Shown piece by piece: positions 16,076 to 20,000 of a stretch of DNA of 20,000 bases (positions are counted from its first letter, which is position 1; every line of letters begins with the position of its first letter). The notes under the pieces are model-generated. The model was given only the letters and a program-made list of their open reading frames with translations. It ran no database searches and was not told the origin of the DNA. The DNA is from an uncultured virus (IMG/VR IMGVR_UViG_3300034946_000506). Lineage: Duplodnaviria > Heunggongvirae > Uroviricota > Caudoviricetes. The translations under genes were made by a program, and so were the position numbers. Where the stretch lies: IMG/VR virus record IMGVR_UViG_3300034946_000506. One strand, given 5' to 3'.

Positions 16076-16822
16076 TTACCCCGTATAGAAGTCGACTGGC
16101 TGTTCCCAGTTTAATCTGACTTCTTCATTTAATTTTTCTATTTCTTCCTTAGCGTCTTCTAGTATTTGCCGACCATTGAAGGTTACTCCACCTGGCATTA
16201 CCATTCCTTCAAACTTAGAAAGATTGACGCCCCATTGCATTTTAATTAATGCAGTAAGATAGCGTTTTAAGAAGTAGTCATTATAGACATCAGTATAGGT
16301 ATTTGGATCTATTATTCTATAGCATTCCACAACAATATATCCACCAACTACTACTTGCTTAGACCAATCCATATCAATTCTTAATTGATTCTTATGTCTA
16401 TCAAAACTAACATGTTTATCATCAGAATCAACCAATAAGTCCAACATCGATAACCATTGTTGTGCCATTTCGTACTCAACAAGAGATCCCATATAACCTA
16501 AGGAATACATATCATTTAAATGTAATTGATATTGAATATCAAACATACCAGTAGCGTTGCTTTCTCTTAATGGAAATATTCTTATAACATCAGTAACTAA
16601 ATCTGGTATTGTAAGATAACCATTCGTAATATCAGCAGATGTTACTTCATGCTTTAAAAATACCTTTTCAATAGCATCGGCATGATAATGCTGATAAAAC
16701 TGTAAAGCTTCATCTACTCTATCTTCAACCTGATCGTCATCAACATTAATTTCAACAACTGGTGCACCAAGTGCTCGTAAGCAGTAGTCTATCAATGTTT
16801 GTCTTGAATTAGGTTTAGCCAT
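16076..16822 (-). CDS. gp13: Neck protein, T4 gp13-like
   Basis: YCLRALGAPVVEINV and QWGVNLSKFEGMVMPGGVTFNG motifs. Confidence 0.93.
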   Translation of the reverse strand: MAKPNSRQTLIDYCLRALGAPVVEINVDDDQVEDRVDEALQFYQHYHADAIEKVFLKHEVTSADITNGYLTIPDLVTDVIRIFPLRESNATGMFDIQYQLHLNDMYSLGYMGSLVEYEMAQQWLSMLDLLVDSDDKHVSFDRHKNQLRIDMDWSKQVVVGGYIVVECYRIIDPNTYTDVYNDYFLKRYLTALIKMQWGVNLSKFEGMVMPGGVTFNGRQILEDAKEEIEKLNEEVRLNWEQPVDFYTG

Positions 16823-16833
16823 TTTAAATTCCT

Positions 16834-17109
16834 TTAAGCAATAACGCCGACTGCTATTTTATTTTCGACTCCGTTACCTACTTCTACAATTCTAGCGTCA
16901 GTAGCAGCTTCATCATAAGTAGTACCATCTGCAGCGAAGCAGACATTAACAGATCTTGAATGCGTTACAGTACCATCTGTAAATGTTACTTTAATATCTC
17001 TAATACCTGTTAAAGTTTCGCTAATAGTTTCGCCTTCGTTATCTGGATCAGGCATCTCTTGAACTCTTGTCCCAGTAAAAGTCTCGTCCTTTGTATATGT
17101 AATTGTCAT
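16834..17109 (-). CDS. Hypothetical late protein (91 aa)
   Basis: AGGAG SD at 17116-17120 and its own late promoter; acidic, Thr-rich. No family recognised. Confidence 0.8.
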   Translation of the reverse strand: MTITYTKDETFTGTRVQEMPDPDNEGETISETLTGIRDIKVTFTDGTVTHSRSVNVCFAADGTTYDEAATDARIVEVGNGVENKIAVGVIA

Positions 17110-17147
17110 TTTTATCTCCTATATAACAATATTTAAATGTCTATATC

Positions 17148-17155
17148 TATTTATA
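17148..17155 (-). promoter_or_regulatory. T4 late promoter for the neck/terminase operon
   Basis: Exact TATAAATA on the minus strand. Confidence 0.8.
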
Positions 17156-17208
17156 TCAATTTTAATCTTAGTTTAAAAAGGTAAAGGTATAATAATTATT
17201 TCCGTCCT

Positions 17209-20000
17209 TTAGTTGTAATCACTTGATTTTATTAATCTATATTTTATCATAATTGTAATTGATACAAAAGGAGCCGCCGAAGACCAGGCCTGACCTCCAA
17301 ACCTGAAGTAAGTATTTACACCTTCTTTATAATCTCTTTGGGTTAGGGGGATATCTCTTTGTATAATTGTTGTACCGGCAGCATTACCAGCGGCACGTAT
17401 TTGAGTATTTGTAATTTGAGAAACTGTACCAAATCCACCTGAACAATTTTCTTGCCTTACTTGTATAACGCTAGGAACGACATGGCTTGATAATATCGCG
17501 GATGAACATTTCATAATAAACATACTTTCAAGTGGTACTACTAGGTATCCTGCTCGTCCCTGAACCATATATGTGTCATTACTGGCGCCTAAACTAGCAA
17601 ATTGCGCTTTGGTCATAGTAATAGAACTTTCATATTCAGCGCCTACAACTTTACCAGCAGAGTTGAGTCCTAAAATTACAGTTTCTCCATCACCATTAGC
17701 AATACGAGTTTCTTGGGCAGTGCCCTGAATACTTGGGCCGACCTGTCGTAAAGATCCTGAGCCTCCTGCGATATAAATATCAGCCGTATTTAAAGTACCC
17801 GTATATAAAGTATTCGAGCTACAGTTAAAACTAAGGCTAGCATCTTTATAAACAGTACCAGCAGCAATAGTACTATTGCTTGGATCGCCTAAAAGAAGTT
17901 TTAACGTGGTGTTACTATTTCCTTGGGTGTTAAATGTTACCTTCGTCGCGTAGTCTGCAACTAACCCTGAGCCTGCTCCGTCGTTACCATTAGTCCATAT
18001 TTTTTGCCAACCATACCCAGTGCCCCCATTTGCCCACCAACCTCTTAGATAGGTCTCTGAAGGATTACCTGATTGCATGACCATCTGCATACCGTGGTGA
18101 TATGTATTGCTCGCAGAATAATGAAGTGCTTGGAAACCATTCGAATGCCCGCTTGTTGGGCCATTTGAATGGCCCCAAAGATCAAGAAAACATGAGCCTC
18201 TATTAAACATGTCATTAAAATTAAGACTTGCCCAGCCTTGAGAGCCTGTTCTATAGGCTTCGGAGGTATTATCTTGTATTCTTGCCCTAACGCTAGTTTT
18301 TCCTGAAGTGCCCATCCAAGCCCTAGCATGACTAAGGTCATAATAGCGAAGATAAGCATCATCAGAAGCATAGAATCTATTGGGAACTTCAGTAGTTCTT
18401 GACCCAGAAATAGTATTAATCCAACCAGCATTTATATATCCATTAGAATCTGTTCTTACTATTTGATTAGCAACATTGTTTGTGGCTGTGTGTACATTTA
18501 AACCGTCTACAGTATCAGCATCAAGTCCAGAGCCTGAGCCATCATTACCCGAACCCCATATAGTTTTCCAAGCTGTCCACGCATCACTAGGAGATGCGCT
18601 ATTATCAGCATTTCTAAATTTTAGAAAATTACCACCATTTCCAGAACCATGACCACAAAGAATTTGGTAATCACCACCAGCGTCAGAACCACCTCTAGCA
18701 CCTACATGTAAAACTGAACCATATGAGGGAAATCCTTGGGTACCACTAACAAAAGCGGTCTGAAGGCCTGGCCCGGGATAGTTACCTGCAGTGGTAGAAT
18801 TTGACCAAACATAATTACCAGAAGTAGGTAATACTTTATTATTAGCTATAGTAGAGAAGTTAATATGTGGAGATATGCTAGCTCCAAAGGTCGAAGGGGC
18901 TTGATATCTTATATAACCATCTTCTGAACAATAAATTCTAGTTAATGTTGAACTTGTTGCTCCTGAAGTAGTATTGATCCAACCAAAGTCTACATAACCG
19001 CTACTATTACTTCTTACAACTTTGTTTACTTCATTATTTCTTCCAGCGTGCATGTCAAGGCCTTTTAATAGACCTGCATCTAAGCCAGAACCTGAGCCGT
19101 CGTTATTTATTCCCCAAACATTTCCAGTTACGACAGAATATATTCCTTCACCTAGTGCCCACTGTAAAGTACCGTTAGCTCTACCGTTTAATTGGTGGCC
19201 TAATCCGGGAGCAGAAGTACTTCCAACATTTGTGTGAGTGTACGAAAGTCCGTATAAATTTCCTATACCATTGCCGTCATCAGGTAAATTGTAAGCTGTA
19301 CCCATAGACCATACGTGCTGGTGTCTGGTTGAGGAATAAATTCCATAAACACCGCGACCATAGTTATTGGCAACAAGGGCTTTCTGTGTAGCCATTGTAA
19401 TCGTGCCAGAAAACGAGTCTGCAGTATCACTTCTTAGGAATGAAGATGCATGAAGACTATCTACCGTATCTGCATTACCACCATTTGCTGGGAGACTCGT
19501 TGGAAGTGTGATATAACTCGACCAGTTGGCTTCGTTAAGGACTCGTTTTAAACCTCCACCTTCGTCAACATAAAATGCACCGTTAGTGACTTTCTTAATA
19601 TCCCAACCGGCCCATGCACCGTCTAAGAATCCGTAATTTCCCGTTGATCCACCACCGTCCCAATACATTTGAAGACCATGTGTAGCATTTGATCCTTGTA
19701 GTACTAAACCACCGCTGGTAGTAGCGCCTTGATTTTTAAATTTTATACTATGGGTGGCAGTAGCTATTATCTGATCCTGGGACCCATCCATTGTTATACT
19801 AGTTGGAGAAGCTAACATGAATGCAGATGCATGTTGTCCATCAAGTAGATCTGCATCTAAGCCAGAACCTGAGCCGTCATTACCAGCGTGGAAGACTTTG
19901 TTGGCACCGTTTACGTAAACATCCTGTGCGTTGTAGTTGTTAAGGTATAGTTGACCATTGGCTCCAGAATCTATATGCAGGTTGTCATTAGAATTTCGTA
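17209..20000 (-). CDS. Modular tail fibre / receptor-binding protein; 5' end lies outside the window
   Basis: The frame stays open upstream of the listed Met at 19818 to the window edge (RNSNDNLHIDSGANGQLYLNNYNAQDVYVNGANKVFHAGNDGSGSGLDADLLDGQHASAFM). Gly/Ser/Asn-rich, with repeated NDGSGSGLDAD fibre motifs. Confidence 0.85.
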   Translation of the reverse strand, partial: RNSNDNLHIDSGANGQLYLNNYNAQDVYVNGANKVFHAGNDGSGSGLDADLLDGQHASAFMLASPTSITMDGSQDQIIATATHSIKFKNQGATTSGGLVLQGSNATHGLQMYWDGGGSTGNYGFLDGAWAGWDIKKVTNGAFYVDEGGGLKRVLNEANWSSYITLPTSLPANGGNADTVDSLHASSFLRSDTADSFSGTITMATQKALVANNYGRGVYGIYSSTRHQHVWSMGTAYNLPDDGNGIGNLYGLSYTHTNVGSTSAPGLGHQLNGRANGTLQWALGEGIYSVVTGNVWGINNDGSGSGLDAGLLKGLDMHAGRNNEVNKVVRSNSSGYVDFGWINTTSGATSSTLTRIYCSEDGYIRYQAPSTFGASISPHINFSTIANNKVLPTSGNYVWSNSTTAGNYPGPGLQTAFVSGTQGFPSYGSVLHVGARGGSDAGGDYQILCGHGSGNGGNFLKFRNADNSASPSDAWTAWKTIWGSGNDGSGSGLDADTVDGLNVHTATNNVANQIVRTDSNGYINAGWINTISGSRTTEVPNRFYASDDAYLRYYDLSHARAWMGTSGKTSVRARIQDNTSEAYRTGSQGWASLNFNDMFNRGSCFLDLWGHSNGPTSGHSNGFQALHYSASNTYHHGMQMVMQSGNPSETYLRGWWANGGTGYGWQKIWTNGNDGAGSGLVADYATKVTFNTQGNSNTTLKLLLGDPSNSTIAAGTVYKDASLSFNCSSNTLYTGTLNTADIYIAGGSGSLRQVGPSIQGTAQETRIANGDGETVILGLNSAGKVVGAEYESSITMTKAQFASLGASNDTYMVQGRAGYLVVPLESMFIMKCSSAILSSHVVPSVIQVRQENCSGGFGTVSQITNTQIRAAGNAAGTTIIQRDIPLTQRDYKEGVNTYFRFGGQAWSSAAPFVSITIMIKYRLIKSSDYN
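17953..19881 (-). repeat. Four NDG(S/A)GSGL(D/V)A(D/G) junction repeats in the tail fibre
   Basis: Copies at 19849-19881, 19072-19104, 18514-18546 and 17953-17985. Positions 19851-19878 and 19074-19101 are a 28-bp identical direct repeat (ctgcatctaagccagaacctgagccgtc). Confidence 0.9.

Noticed and set aside
17161..17193. Plus-strand TATAAT as a sigma70 promoter
   Set aside because: No acceptable -35 box at 16-18 bp spacing and no TG extension.
18045..19237. 128-aa minus and 71-aa plus ORFs inside the fibre gene
   Set aside because: Overlapping shadow frames without an RBS or recognisable motifs.
17209..20000. Diversity-generating retroelement or invertible shufflon in the fibre
   Set aside because: No reverse transcriptase or recombinase in the window, no roughly 100-bp repeat pair differing only at adenines, and the repeats are direct and coding. 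A system outside the window cannot be excluded.
1..20000. Stop-codon recoding, tRNAs, CRISPR arrays
   Set aside because: Core genes are full length in the standard code and end in TAA, TAG or TGA. Intergenic gaps are short and show no cloverleaf or repeat-spacer pattern.

Overview
The window is about 20 kb of an AT-rich T4-like myophage genome with the compact gene order typical of marine T4-like phages. Every credible gene is on the minus strand. In transcription order (high to low coordinate): a modular tail-fibre gene that enters from outside the window, a small hypothetical, gp13, gp14, gp15, terminase gp16/gp17, sheath gp18, tube gp19, portal gp20, a small prohead core gene missed by the ORF track, protease gp21, scaffold gp22, major capsid gp23 with a C(UUCG)G terminator, gp3-like tail completion protein, an accessory lipoprotein, UvsY, UvsW, an Sm-like protein, late sigma factor gp55 and a partial gp47 nuclease. 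T4 late promoters (TATAAATA) occur in most intergenic gaps. The most unusual locus is the gap at 1598-1764. It holds two near-identical back-to-back sigma70-type promoters. One drives gp55/gp47. The other has no gene to drive and would make an RNA with a G-rich 5' end (GGGGAGGUAAGGGG) running antisense into the Sm-like gene and uvsW. This is a candidate R-loop replication origin and/or an sRNA plus Sm-chaperone module. Other notable items are predicted leaderless late mRNAs, a 4x12-bp tandem array in the uvsY leader, a perfectly palindromic bidirectional late promoter, and repeat junctions in the tail fibre that are conserved at nucleotide level. All gene calls come from recognising motifs and synteny; no searches were run.
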